Origin: Feifania hominis
GTDB taxonomy: Bacteria; Bacillota; Clostridia; Oscillospirales; Feifaniaceae
Length of the DNA: 24,000 nt
Direction: 5' to 3'
Assembly: GCF_014384765.1 (NCBI RefSeq)
Contig: NZ_JACRSP010000001.1
Location: 484,759-508,758 of the forward strand
Of this stretch, positions 1 through 8,954 are shown piece after piece. The notes under the pieces were generated by a model. It did no database searches. It was not told the DNA's origin and saw nothing but the letters and a program-made list of their open reading frames with translations. A program made the position numbers and the translations under genes. Within the stretch, counting starts at the first letter, position 1, and each line of letters opens with the position of its first letter.

Positions 1-2
1 TT

Positions 3-1415
3 ATCGGTCTTGAGATTCACGCGGAACTCTCGACCGAGTCCAAGATATACTGCAGCTGTTCCACCAAATTCGGCGCGGAGGTCAACACTCACTGCTGCCC
101 GGTCTGTACGGGTATGCCGGGGACGCTGCCGATTCTCAACGAAAAGGTCATTGAGTATGCGGTAAAGATGGGCCTTGCGACGAACTGCACCATCAACCGC
201 TTCACCAAGCAGGACCGCAAAAATTACTTCTATCCCGATCTGCCAAAGGCCTATCAGATCTCCCAGTATGATATCCCGCTGTGCGAAAACGGCTACATTG
301 AAATCCAGGTCGAGGGGGAGACCAAGCGCATTGGCATCACGCGCATTCACATTGAGGAGGACGCCGGAAAGCTGCTGCACGACGACGTCTTTTCGGGGTC
401 GCTGGTCGACTACAACCGCTGCGGTGTACCGCTGATCGAGATTGTGTCTGAGCCGGATATGCGCAGCGCTGAGGAGGCCAAGGCCTATATGGAGGCCATC
501 CGCTCCATTCTCCAGTACATCGACGTGTCCGACTGCAAAATGCAGGAGGGTTCGCTGCGCTGCGATGTCAACGTCTCACTGCGCCCAAAGGGAGAGGAGA
601 AGTTCGGCACCCGCTGCGAGATGAAAAATGTCAATTCCTTCCGCGCTGCGGCGCGCGGCATTGAATACGAGATCAAGCGCCAGGCTGCCATCCTCGACGA
701 CGGCGGAAAAATCGATCAGGAGACTCTGCGCTGGGACGATCTGCGCGGCGTGAGTATGCCGCTTCGCAGCAAGGAGGACGCTCACGACTACCGCTATTTC
801 CCGGAGCCGGATCTGCCGCGCATTGTCGTCAGCGAAGAGCAGATCGAGCGCATCCGCTCGGAGATTCCGGAGCTGCCCATTGCAAAGAGCCTGCGCTTCC
901 AGTCGGAATACGGGCTGACCAAATACGAGGCGGATATGCTCTCGGCGAGCATTGCCCGCTCGCGCTTCTTTGAGGAGTGTACGGCGCTCGACAAGGCGGC
1001 GGCAAAGTCCGTGTGCAACTGGATGCTCGGCGACATTCTCAAATACACCAACGAAAACGACCGGGAGATCGGCGAGACCCGACTGACGGCCCAAAATCTC
1101 GTGGATATGATTCATTTGATTGATGCGGGCACTATTTCAAATACCGCGGCCAAAACCGTTCTCGCGCGCATTTTTGAGACCGGAGAGGCCGCCGGGAAGA
1201 TCGTTGAAGCCGAGGGACTTGGCCAGGTCAACGATGAGTCGGCTCTCAAGGCACTGGTCGCCGAGGTGATCGCGGAAAATGAGAAGTCGGTCGCCGACTA
1301 CAAAAACGGAAAATCGAATGCTCTGGGCTATCTTGTCGGACAGTGTATGCGTCGCTCAAAAGGGCAGGGTAATCCCCAGATTCTCAACAAACTCCTGCGC
1401 GAGGCGCTGGACTGA
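3..1415 (+). CDS. gatB: Aspartyl/glutamyl-tRNA(Asn/Gln) amidotransferase subunit B, 5' end truncated by window
   Basis: In-frame translation from nt 3 gives IGLEIHAELSTESKIYCSCSTKFGAEVNTHCCPVCTGMPGTLPILNEKVIEYAVKMGLATNC..., characteristic GatB N-terminus with the CxC...CPxC zinc motif; C-terminal GatB/YqeY region present. Confidence 0.97.
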   Translation: MGLEIHAELSTESKIYCSCSTKFGAEVNTHCCPVCTGMPGTLPILNEKVIEYAVKMGLATNCTINRFTKQDRKNYFYPDLPKAYQISQYDIPLCENGYIEIQVEGETKRIGITRIHIEEDAGKLLHDDVFSGSLVDYNRCGVPLIEIVSEPDMRSAEEAKAYMEAIRSILQYIDVSDCKMQEGSLRCDVNVSLRPKGEEKFGTRCEMKNVNSFRAAARGIEYEIKRQAAILDDGGKIDQETLRWDDLRGVSMPLRSKEDAHDYRYFPEPDLPRIVVSEEQIERIRSEIPELPIAKSLRFQSEYGLTKYEADMLSASIARSRFFEECTALDKAAAKSVCNWMLGDILKYTNENDREIGETRLTAQNLVDMIHLIDAGTISNTAAKTVLARIFETGEAAGKIVEAEGLGQVNDESALKALVAEVIAENEKSVADYKNGKSNALGYLVGQCMRRSKGQGNPQILNKLLREALD

Positions 1416-1535
1416 CAAATAGAAAAGAGAGCGCCTTTGGCGTTGGAGTCAATCAGGTCCTGGTGCAAACCGGGACCTGGTTTGCTTGAAAGATATGAAA
1501 TTCATTGCTGATGGTTTAAACCTGGAGGCCACGAG

Positions 1536-1985
1536 ATGATTTATACACCTTTGACGAATAAGGCAATGCGCATTGCCTATGCTGCTCATCAGGGCCAGAC
1601 TGACAAAAGTGGCCAGCCCTATATCTTCCATCCCTATCATCTGGCAGAGCAGATGACAGACGAAGTGACCATCTGCGTGGCTCTGCTTCACGATGTAGCA
1701 GAGGATACTGATGTAACCTTGCAGGAACTGGCTCAGGAGTTCCCAAAGGAGATTGTAGAGGCCTTGCGTCTGCTGACGCATACAGTAGATATGGATTATT
1801 TTGACTATGTACGAGCAATTTGTAAAAATCCGGTGGCAAAGGCAGTAAAACTGGCTGATCTGGCCCATAACGCCGACGAGAGTCGGTTTTCCGGCTGTAA
1901 AGATGTGGAAGAAGCGCAGTTTATTCTACGGCGGGAAAAGTATAGCAAAGTAAGAGCAATTTTGGAGGGTAGTGACACGGACTAA
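1536..1985 (+). CDS. Small HD-domain protein, RelA/SpoT-like (p)ppGpp hydrolase-type phosphohydrolase
   Basis: Translation has H...HP.HLAEQM...ALLHDVAEDTDVT...VKLADLAHNAD, the HD-domain pattern of RelA/SpoT hydrolase domains; no synthetase domain. RBS-like ctggagg upstream. Confidence 0.8.
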   Translation: MIYTPLTNKAMRIAYAAHQGQTDKSGQPYIFHPYHLAEQMTDEVTICVALLHDVAEDTDVTLQELAQEFPKEIVEALRLLTHTVDMDYFDYVRAICKNPVAKAVKLADLAHNADESRFSGCKDVEEAQFILRREKYSKVRAILEGSDTD

Positions 1986-2043
1986 TGAAGTGAGTAATGA
2001 AATGGATTACTCTTTTTCGGTAGCTGTCCCAGGTATCCATCAG

Positions 2044-2074
2044 ACCACCCGGCAAGAAGCCGGGTGGTTTTTTT
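2044..2074 (+). terminator. Rho-independent terminator
   Basis: ACCACCCGGC-AAGAA-GCCGGGTGGT perfect 10 bp stem (2044-2068) followed by T7. Confidence 0.93.
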
Positions 2075-2128
2075 GTTCTAAAAGTGGACAAAGCCCAATA
2101 GGATATACAGAAAAAAGGAGATGGAAAC

Positions 2129-3127
2129 ATGACGGGACGTGAGAGAAGAAGAGAGCTGTTTTCTCTGCTGCCGCCGCGCGTGTCGGCTTTGATTGAACAC
2201 ATCGGAAGCGAGCCGCTCGAGGCGCTCGAGGAGATCCGCCTACGGGCACAGCGCCCTGTGTCACTGACTCTTGCGGGCCACAACTATTTTATCAGTGAGG
2301 ACGCCGAGATCACCTACGACGCCTCGCGCGCGGTGTGTCTCACGCCGCAGGAGCTTGAACAGTGCTATCTGCGCGCCTGTGAAAACTCGGTTTACACCTT
2401 TCAGGAGGATATTGCCAGAGGCTTTGTCACTGTCAAGAACGGCAACCGGGTCGGCATTGCGGGCAGTGCTGTCGTCGAGGCAGGCAGAGTGGTCGGCTTT
2501 CGCAACATCAGCTCTCTGTGCCTTCGCTTTGCGCGTGAGATTCGCGGCGCGGGCGAGCAGCTCTTTGAGCGGCTCTACCCGGATGGTACCGTGGTCGGCA
2601 CACTCATTGTCTCCCCGCCGAAGATGGGAAAGACGACGCTGCTGCGCGATCTCATTCGCACGGTGAGCTGCCGCGGACTCCGCGTCGCCGTCGTGGACGA
2701 GCGCGGCGAGCTTGCGGCGATGCGAGGCGGTGCTGCCTGCAGTGATATCGGCCCCTGCACCGATGTGCTCGATGCGATTCCGAAAGCCATCGGGTGCGAA
2801 TACGCCATACGGAATCTCTCACCGGAGGTTATCGCCTTTGACGAAATCGGCTCCATGGGGGAAGTCGAGGCGGTTTTGCAGTCTCTCAATGCCGGTGTGC
2901 CGGTACTCACCACCTGTCACGCCGGCTCCTGGGAAGAGCTTTGGCGCAGGCCGCCGCTGAGAGCTCTATTGGGGAGCAGCGCGATCTGTAAAGTCATAAA
3001 GCTTAACAACAAAAAGACCGGTGTCGTTGACGCCATCTGGGACTGGAGGAGCGACGATGTTCAAAATGGTGGGAATGTGTCTGATTCTATTGACAACCAC
3101 ATTTGCCGGATCGGCGCTGTCCGCTGA
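2129..3127 (+). CDS. spoIIIAA: Stage III sporulation protein AA (ATPase); 3' end overlaps spoIIIAB by 71 nt
   Basis: Walker A-like SPPKMGKTTLLRDLIR, VVDERGELAA, VIAFDEIG motifs; first gene of an intact spoIIIA operon. Confidence 0.95.
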   Translation: MTGRERRRELFSLLPPRVSALIEHIGSEPLEALEEIRLRAQRPVSLTLAGHNYFISEDAEITYDASRAVCLTPQELEQCYLRACENSVYTFQEDIARGFVTVKNGNRVGIAGSAVVEAGRVVGFRNISSLCLRFAREIRGAGEQLFERLYPDGTVVGTLIVSPPKMGKTTLLRDLIRTVSCRGLRVAVVDERGELAAMRGGAACSDIGPCTDVLDAIPKAIGCEYAIRNLSPEVIAFDEIGSMGEVEAVLQSLNAGVPVLTTCHAGSWEELWRRPPLRALLGSSAICKVIKLNNKKTGVVDAIWDWRSDDVQNGGNVSDSIDNHICRIGAVR

Positions 3128-3551
3128 TCTCAAGAGGAGAATTCGTGATCTGCGCCTGTGCGCCGATCTGATTGCAAAGATAGGCCGTGAGATCTCCTAC
3201 AGCCGCTGCCCCATCACGGAGGTGCTGGGGAGATGCGCGCAGGAAAAAAAGTATGCGCCGCTTCGGTTTTTGCAGCTTTCGAAGCCCTTCGACAGTGAGA
3301 GATTTCGTCTTCACTATGAGAAAAATCGGGATTCTCTATGCCTGAAAAACGAGGACCACGATCTGATTTTGGAATTCTTCGCCGACTTTGGCAAGAGCGA
3401 TGCAGTGGGGGAGCTGGCGCGCTGCGGTAAGTATGAGGCGGAGCTGGCGCGCCGCGTGGAAGAGCTCGAGCCGGCTATCGAAAAACAGGCCAAGCTCTAC
3501 CGCTCGCTCGGTGTGTTGTCGGGCGTGTTTCTCTCGATTCTGATGGTTTAG
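3057..3551 (+). CDS. spoIIIAB: Stage III sporulation protein AB
   Basis: Starts ATG 3057 (MFKMVGMCLILLTTTFAGSALSADLKRRI...), RBS ggagga upstream; position in spoIIIA operon; C-terminal hydrophobic LSGVFLSILMV. Confidence 0.9.
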   Translation: MFKMVGMCLILLTTTFAGSALSADLKRRIRDLRLCADLIAKIGREISYSRCPITEVLGRCAQEKKYAPLRFLQLSKPFDSERFRLHYEKNRDSLCLKNEDHDLILEFFADFGKSDAVGELARCGKYEAELARRVEELEPAIEKQAKLYRSLGVLSGVFLSILMV

Positions 3552-3576
3552 CGAAACGGAAAGGAGCCTCAACAGT

Positions 3577-3771
3577 ATGGATGTCAATCTCATCTTCAAA
3601 ATCGCGGCAGTCGGCATCATTGTCAGTGTTTTAAATCAACTTTTGACCAAGGCCGGCCGGGAGGAACAGGCGCTGATGACGACGCTGACTGGCCTGATCG
3701 TTGTGCTGCTCATGGTGATCCGGGAGATCAAGTATCTCTTCGATATGATACAGAGCACGTTTGGGCTCTAG
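3577..3771 (+). CDS. spoIIIAC: Stage III sporulation protein AC
   Basis: 64 aa, MDVNLIFKIAAVGIIVSVLNQLLTKAGREEQALMTTLTGLIVVLLMVI..., SpoIIIAC-like, operon position. Confidence 0.95.
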   Translation: MDVNLIFKIAAVGIIVSVLNQLLTKAGREEQALMTTLTGLIVVLLMVIREIKYLFDMIQSTFGL

Positions 3772-3780
3772 GGGGAGACC

Positions 3781-4164
3781 ATGAACATCTTTGCCCTGTG
3801 CGGCTTCATCATCGTAGCAGCGCTGATTTCACTGACACTGCGCGACTACAAAAAGGAGTATGCGGTGCTCATCGGACTCGCCGTCTGCATCTTCGCGGTG
3901 CTCACGGCGCTGCCCGACATACTCAAGCTCTTTCGTTTTATCAGTGACACGGCAAACTCTGTCAGCGGAATGGGCGGCAAGCTCGAGCCGCTTTTGAAAG
4001 CTCTGGGGATTGCCTTTGTCACGGAGATTGCCTCCAATCTCTGCATTGACACGGGCGAGCGGTCCATGGCGGGCAAGATCGAGCTGCTCGGCAAAGTCTC
4101 GATCCTCATTGTCTCGCTGCCGCTCGCGCAGCAGGTGCTCGATGTCATCAAAGGACTTTTGTAA
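3781..4164 (+). CDS. spoIIIAD: Stage III sporulation protein AD
   Basis: 127 aa membrane protein with ...LGIAFVTEIASNLCIDTGERSMAGKIELLGKVSILIVSLPLAQQVLDVI, SpoIIIAD signature. Confidence 0.95.
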   Translation: MNIFALCGFIIVAALISLTLRDYKKEYAVLIGLAVCIFAVLTALPDILKLFRFISDTANSVSGMGGKLEPLLKALGIAFVTEIASNLCIDTGERSMAGKIELLGKVSILIVSLPLAQQVLDVIKGLL

Positions 4165-4177
4165 ATGAGAGGATGTT

Positions 4178-5311
4178 ATGAAACAGGCGTTTCGATTTTT
4201 GGCGGCGGCCGTTGTGCTGATGCTTCTGTGTTCCCTAACAGCCCATGCAGTCGATGTCAACGAGATCTACTCGGATGTCGCCGACCGCTTCGGGGTGAGC
4301 GAGCTGATCGACGCCGCGCCTGACGCTGCGCGTGGGTCGCTCTCCGGCGAGCAGGTGAGCCCGAGCGGGCTGCTCAACCTGCTGTCCATGAACAATGTAT
4401 TAAATCTTCTGACAAACGGTCTCTTTGGCGTACTGGGCGAGTGTCTGTCGGGCTGTGCGGTGCTGCTCGTGGCGGTTCTGGTCTTTTTGCTGCTGGCGGG
4501 ACTTCGCGACTCATTTCACAGCAGCGCCATTGTGCCAACGTTCAATCTGGTCGCGGTGTTGACCATCTCGCTTGTGGTATACGGCATCATTTCGGGCGCA
4601 TACAGCGCCGCATTTACCGCCACAAAGGACATCACGGCGTTCATCTCCACACTCATGCCGGTGATGGCCGCCACCATGGCAGCCGGCGGGGAAGTGGTAT
4701 CGGTGGGAATCCTGCCGCCGGCAATCCTGACGGCGATCAATCTGCTCTCCTGGCTGAATACCTCCGTCTTTCTGCCCACGCTCAACTTCTACTTTGCGCT
4801 GAGTTTCATCTCGGCTGTCAACCCGAGACTCAATCTCAAAGAGCTGATGAATTTTATCAAAAAGGCGCTCATGTGGGGCATGGGGATTGCGACGACGATT
4901 CTCGTCGGGCTGCTGTCGCTTCAGAAAATGATCACCGGAGCGTCGGACAACATCACGGGCCGCGCGGCCAAGTTTGCGCTCTCGAGTTTTGTACCCATCA
5001 TCGGCGGCGTACTCAAAGACGCCTTTGATACGGTGGCAGGCTGTGTCTCAGTGATCAAGGCGACCTGCGGTGTGTTCGGCATTGTGGTCATCATCTACAC
5101 CATGCTGCCGATTCTGGCAAGAGTCATTCTGTACAATGTCGGCTTTCGTCTCTCCTCGTCCGTTGCGCAGATCAGCGGCCAGAGCAGTGTCTCGAATTTT
5201 CTCGACTCCGTGTCCAACATCTGGAGTATTCTGACGGCAATTCTGGTCAGTGAGGGGGTCTTTGCCATCGTCTCGGTGGCAGTGGTCATCTCAACGGGAG
5301 GTGGGACATGA
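4178..5311 (+). CDS. spoIIIAE: Stage III sporulation protein AE
   Basis: 377 aa multi-pass membrane protein with signal peptide; LKELMNFIKKALMWGMGIATTILVGLLSLQKMITGASDNITGRAAKFALSSFVPIIGGVL is SpoIIIAE-typical. Confidence 0.95.
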   Translation: MKQAFRFLAAAVVLMLLCSLTAHAVDVNEIYSDVADRFGVSELIDAAPDAARGSLSGEQVSPSGLLNLLSMNNVLNLLTNGLFGVLGECLSGCAVLLVAVLVFLLLAGLRDSFHSSAIVPTFNLVAVLTISLVVYGIISGAYSAAFTATKDITAFISTLMPVMAATMAAGGEVVSVGILPPAILTAINLLSWLNTSVFLPTLNFYFALSFISAVNPRLNLKELMNFIKKALMWGMGIATTILVGLLSLQKMITGASDNITGRAAKFALSSFVPIIGGVLKDAFDTVAGCVSVIKATCGVFGIVVIIYTMLPILARVILYNVGFRLSSSVAQISGQSSVSNFLDSVSNIWSILTAILVSEGVFAIVSVAVVISTGGGT

Positions 5312-5793
5312 TGGCGTTTTTAAAAGACTGGTGTATCACCGTTGCGGCAGCGGCCATCATTGTCGGCTTTCTTGAGGCGCTTGTGCCGGCGCAGAGCATG
5401 CAGAAGACCATGAAGACCGTGACGGCGCTCTTTCTTCTGGCAATTCTCTTCGCGCCGCTCGCCAAGCTCAAGGGGCTGCCTCTCTACTATAAAAATGAGA
5501 TTCAGACCGGCGCCTATGAGCAGCTTCCCCAGAGTGTGAGCGACCAGACAAGGCAGCAGGTGCTTGAGTTGACAAGGACCGAGCTGATTCACCAGATTGA
5601 AACTCTGGCGTCGGCCAGACTGGGGAAAAATATCAATGTAATTGATGTGACAATGAATTTCGCGGACAACGATCTCATATATTTAAGCGAGGTTGTCATT
5701 TCGCAGCATGACGATCTTGAAAAGGATATGGAAAAGCTGACATCCGTGCTGCGCGCGGAGCTCGGCGAGGACATTGTGATCACAGTGAAGTGA
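5308..5793 (+). CDS. spoIIIAF: Stage III sporulation protein AF
   Basis: ATGA-coupled to spoIIIAE; two N-terminal TM helices, operon position. Confidence 0.9.
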   Translation: MMAFLKDWCITVAAAAIIVGFLEALVPAQSMQKTMKTVTALFLLAILFAPLAKLKGLPLYYKNEIQTGAYEQLPQSVSDQTRQQVLELTRTELIHQIETLASARLGKNINVIDVTMNFADNDLIYLSEVVISQHDDLEKDMEKLTSVLRAELGEDIVITVK

Positions 5794-5804
5794 GGTGCAA
5801 AAGA

Positions 5805-6350
5805 ATGGAAGACTGGAAAGACCGACTGACACGTCTCTTCAAGGGAAAGCGTCTGACGCTGTTTCTGATTCTGGGACTCATCGGCATTGCCCTGATTCTG
5901 CTCTCGGAGTTCTGGCCGGCCTCAAAGCCCAAACAGAGCGATCAGAGCACCGTGACAGCAGCTGATATGGAGCGCGATCTTCTCAAGCTCATTTCCAATG
6001 TGGAAGGCGTTGGCAAGGCGGAAGTCATGATCACACTCGCGACCGGCGTTGAGAATGTCTATGCGACCGAACAACGGGTCAATCAAAATGTGCTCTCAGA
6101 CAGTACAAACGGCGTGTTGGGGCGAACGGAGAACAAAAACGACACCCAGGACACGGTCATTGTCGTACGCGACAGCAGCGGGGCTGAGGCTCCCATTCTC
6201 ATCAAACAGATCGAGCCCAAGGTGCAGGGCGTCGCGGTCATCTGCGAGGGGGCAGACAGCCCGTATGTCAAAAGCAGCATCGTCGAGATGGTGACGACAA
6301 TCTATGATATTTCATCCAACAGAGTCTGCGTAATCAAAAAGAACAGTTGA
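5805..6350 (+). CDS. spoIIIAG: Stage III sporulation protein AG (ATG 5805 preferred over the track's GTG 5790)
   Basis: MEDWKDRLTRLFKGKRLTLFLILGLIGIALILLSEFWP...; ...IEPKVQGVAVICEGADSPYVKSSIVEMVTTIYDISSNRVCVIKK, SpoIIIAG C-terminal ring-building domain. RBS-like gaggtg before 5805. Confidence 0.93.
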   Translation: MEDWKDRLTRLFKGKRLTLFLILGLIGIALILLSEFWPASKPKQSDQSTVTAADMERDLLKLISNVEGVGKAEVMITLATGVENVYATEQRVNQNVLSDSTNGVLGRTENKNDTQDTVIVVRDSSGAEAPILIKQIEPKVQGVAVICEGADSPYVKSSIVEMVTTIYDISSNRVCVIKKNS

Positions 6351-6363
6351 GGAGGAACGAATC

Positions 6364-6924
6364 ATGGCATTCAAAAAGAGGCAGCTCATTCTCTTATCAC
6401 TGGTGGCGGTAATTTGTGTGGCGGCATTTCTGAACTGGAAATTTAACACCACCGACAACCCGCTCGGTCTGCCCGACACAGAGGACAGCGAGTCCACGGC
6501 AAAGAATTTGGGTGAGGCGAAGCTGGTCAACGGTGAGGGCGGCGTCGACGTCGAGGTGAGTGCGCCGGTCGAATCTGACGAATATTTCACCGAGGCGCGG
6601 CTCAACCGCCAGAAGACCCGTGATGAGGCACTTGCTCTGCTCGAGGAGGTCACCGCGGACAAGAACAACCCCGAGGATATCCGCAAGCAGGCGGCAAGCG
6701 ACATTTCGCAGATTGCAAAGTCGGTTGAAACCGAGGGCAAAATCGAGAATCTTGTAAAGGCAAAGGGATTTGACGACTGTGTCACCGTTCTGTCCACCGA
6801 CAGCATTCACGTCATTGTCAAGACAAAGGGGCTTGTGGACAGCGAGGTGGCCCAGATCAAGGAGATTGTGCTCGGCCAGACCGAACTTACGGGCGAGCAG
6901 ATCAAAATCGTCGAGATCAAATAG
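6364..6924 (+). CDS. spoIIIAH: Stage III sporulation protein AH
   Basis: MAFKKRQLILLSLVAVICVAAFLNWKFN...; C-terminal SpoIIIAH domain, RBS gaggaa, last gene of spoIIIA operon. Confidence 0.93.
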   Translation: MAFKKRQLILLSLVAVICVAAFLNWKFNTTDNPLGLPDTEDSESTAKNLGEAKLVNGEGGVDVEVSAPVESDEYFTEARLNRQKTRDEALALLEEVTADKNNPEDIRKQAASDISQIAKSVETEGKIENLVKAKGFDDCVTVLSTDSIHVIVKTKGLVDSEVAQIKEIVLGQTELTGEQIKIVEIK

Positions 6925-6956
6925 CCCGGCGGCTGTGCCGGCACCGCAAAAGAAAT

Positions 6957-6986
6957 GGTTTATTTTTTCCGAAACTATGCTATAAT
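6957..6986 (+). promoter_or_regulatory. Putative sigma-A type promoter for the Asp23 gene (perfect -10, weak -35)
   Basis: TATAAT at 6981-6986, about 50 nt upstream of the start codon. Confidence 0.5.
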
Positions 6987-7034
6987 AGAGGCAGTCCCAC
7001 ACTGTTTTGGGCATATCGCAAAGGAGTGAATAAC

Positions 7035-7418
7035 GTGGAGCAGAATTACAACGGTACTGTTGGCACTGTAAAAATATCCGATGATGTCATTGCGACCATT
7101 GCCGGCGTTGCAGCCGGTGAGGTCAAGGGCGTTGCCGGCATGTCGGCCAAGGCCCCGGCCGAGATCAACATCAAGGGAATCATCGGCGGCAAGAAGAACA
7201 CCGGCAGGGGAATTCGCGTCACGGTGGACGGCGGCAATGTTTCGATCGAGGCGTACATTGTTCTGAAATTCGGCGTAAAGATTCAGGATGTTGCCACTGC
7301 CGTACAGGAGGCGGTCAAGAACTCCGTCGAGGAGATGACCGGCTACACCGTCACCAACGTGTCGGTCTATGTGCAGGGTGTCAATTTGAATGAAGAGCCG
7401 GCGGAGCCTACGGTCTGA
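7035..7418 (+). CDS. Asp23/Gls24 family envelope stress response protein
   Basis: GTG start at 7035 with RBS aaggag; VKISDDVIATIAGVAAGEVKGVAGMS...GRGIRVTVDGGNVSIEAYIVLKFGVKIQDVATAVQEAVKNSVEEMTGYTVTNVSVYVQGV is Asp23-typical. Confidence 0.93.
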   Translation: MEQNYNGTVGTVKISDDVIATIAGVAAGEVKGVAGMSAKAPAEINIKGIIGGKKNTGRGIRVTVDGGNVSIEAYIVLKFGVKIQDVATAVQEAVKNSVEEMTGYTVTNVSVYVQGVNLNEEPAEPTV

Positions 7419-7433
7419 GGCGGCTGTTTGGAA

Positions 7434-7465
7434 AAAAGAGTGCGTGTGACGCACTCTTTTCTTTC
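7434..7465 (+). terminator. Rho-independent terminator
   Basis: AAAAGAGTGCGT-GTG-ACGCACTCTTTT perfect 12 bp stem then CTTTCTTTTT. Confidence 0.88.
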
Positions 7466-7484
7466 TTTTTCGGCGCATTTGTAT

Positions 7485-7490
7485 TATAAT
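7485..7490 (+). promoter_or_regulatory. Putative -10 box (TATAAT) for the nusB operon
   Basis: Perfect TATAAT just after the preceding terminator, ~40 nt upstream of the nusB start; -35 box not convincingly identified. Confidence 0.5.
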
Positions 7491-7530
7491 GTTTCCACAT
7501 GTACAGGGCCTGTCGGCCAATGGAGGAAGT

Positions 7531-7992
7531 ATGAAACGCACCGAAGCGAGAATCGAGACGTTCAAGCTCGTCTACGAGTATGATTTTCACCGGGAGAAGA
7601 CACCGCAGCAGATCTATGAGATGGCGGTGACCGAGAGAGAGCTCTGCGACGACACCTACATCAGAGAGACCTTTGACGGCGTTGTGAAAAACATGGACCA
7701 AATTGATGAGATCATCAAGGAAAACGCCATCGGCTGGAAGATCAACCGCATCTCCCATGTGGCGCTGGCCGTCACGCGGCTTGCCATCTACGAGATGCTC
7801 TATTCGCACGATATTTCCCATGCCGTTGCAATCAACGAGGCGGTGGAGATCGCCAAGCTCTACGAGGGAAAGGACGCAGCCTCTTTCATCAACGGTATTT
7901 TGGGCTCGGTTTCCAAGAAGAACCCGAAGACCGACCTTGAGCCTGCGGCCGAGAAAAAAGAGGAGCCGTCAGTCGGCGAGGCGGGGGAGTAA
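7531..7992 (+). CDS. nusB: Transcription antitermination factor NusB (true start 7531, not 7489 which lies in the -10 box)
   Basis: MKRTEARIETFKLVYEYDF...AINEAVEIAKLYEGKDAASFINGILGSV; RBS ggaggaagt before ATG 7531. Confidence 0.93.
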   Translation: MKRTEARIETFKLVYEYDFHREKTPQQIYEMAVTERELCDDTYIRETFDGVVKNMDQIDEIIKENAIGWKINRISHVALAVTRLAIYEMLYSHDISHAVAINEAVEIAKLYEGKDAASFINGILGSVSKKNPKTDLEPAAEKKEEPSVGEAGE

Positions 7993-8954
7993 TGGCCTGC
8001 TACCTCGGAATTGACACCAGTAATTACACCACTTCCGTGGCGAGATACGACAGTGACAGCGGCCGGATGACCGGCCGGCGAAAGCTGCTGCCGGTCGAGG
8101 GAGAAAAGACAGGCTTGCGTCAAAACGAGGCTGTTTTTTTGCATAACCGGCAGCTGCCCGAGCTGCTGGAAGAACTGCTTTGCGACGGCGCCCGACCGGA
8201 CGCCGTCAGTGTGTCACGCGCCCCACGGGACTGTGAGGGTTCCTACATGCCCTGCTTTACCGTGGGTCACGGCTATGCGAGAGCACTCGCGGCCGCCTTG
8301 TGCGTGCCGCTCTTTGAGACGTCCCACCAGAAGGGGCATGTGCTAGCGGCGCTCTACGGCGCCGATTCGCTTGCGCTGCTGCGCGAGCCCTTTTTGGCCT
8401 TTCATGTCTCGGGCGGTACCACGGAGCTTCTGCATGTCACGCCGGATGGTGACGAACGAATCAAAATCAGTCTGCTCGGGGGGACGCTCGATCTCCCGGC
8501 GGGACAGGTCATCGACCGGCTGGGCGTTTCCATGGGCTTTTCTTTTCCCTGCGGTGCTCAGATGGAGCAGTACGCCATCGAGAATCCCGACGGGCAGACA
8601 CTCCGGCCGCTTGTCACATTGCGCGACGGTGGCTTTCATCTCTCGGGACTCGAGAACAAGGCGCACGAACATCTTGCGAGGGGCGCCGGGCGGACAGCAG
8701 TGATTCAATTTCTCTTCGACAGCATAGGAGAGAGTATCCGGGCTCTGACAAAACAGGCGCTCTCAGATATGGAGGTCAAAAAAGTCGTCTTCGCGGGCGG
8801 CGTCATGTCGAACGCGCGAATCAAGGCGCTGCTCGGCGGAGATTTACCGGCTGTTTTCACACCGAGCGCCTATGCCGCCGACAATGCGATGGGAGTGGCG
8901 CTCTGGGGCGCGCTCAACAGGGAGGAGCTATGCAAAACGAAAGTGCGGTTGTGA
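7992..8954 (+). CDS. TsaD/Kae1-like (peptidase M22-type) paralog
   Basis: LGIDTSNYTTSVA, HQKGH (metal-binding HxxxH), FHVSGGTTELL, DLPAGQVIDRLG, VVFAGGVMSNARIKALL, ADNAMGVALWG: the ASKHA/Kae1 motifs in order, but shortened and divergent from canonical TsaD. TAATG coupling to nusB. Confidence 0.85.
   Translation: MACYLGIDTSNYTTSVARYDSDSGRMTGRRKLLPVEGEKTGLRQNEAVFLHNRQLPELLEELLCDGARPDAVSVSRAPRDCEGSYMPCFTVGHGYARALAAALCVPLFETSHQKGHVLAALYGADSLALLREPFLAFHVSGGTTELLHVTPDGDERIKISLLGGTLDLPAGQVIDRLGVSMGFSFPCGAQMEQYAIENPDGQTLRPLVTLRDGGFHLSGLENKAHEHLARGAGRTAVIQFLFDSIGESIRALTKQALSDMEVKKVVFAGGVMSNARIKALLGGDLPAVFTPSAYAADNAMGVALWGALNREELCKTKVRL

Noticed and set aside
4441-5028. 195-aa +1-frame ORF inside spoIIIAE
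   Set aside because: His/Arg/Gly-rich shadow translation; the other frame is a clear SpoIIIAE.
7489-7530. Upstream ATG start given for the nusB ORF
   Set aside because: The ATG overlaps the TATAAT box and lacks an RBS; ATG 7531 has GGAGG at correct spacing and matches the conserved NusB N-terminus.
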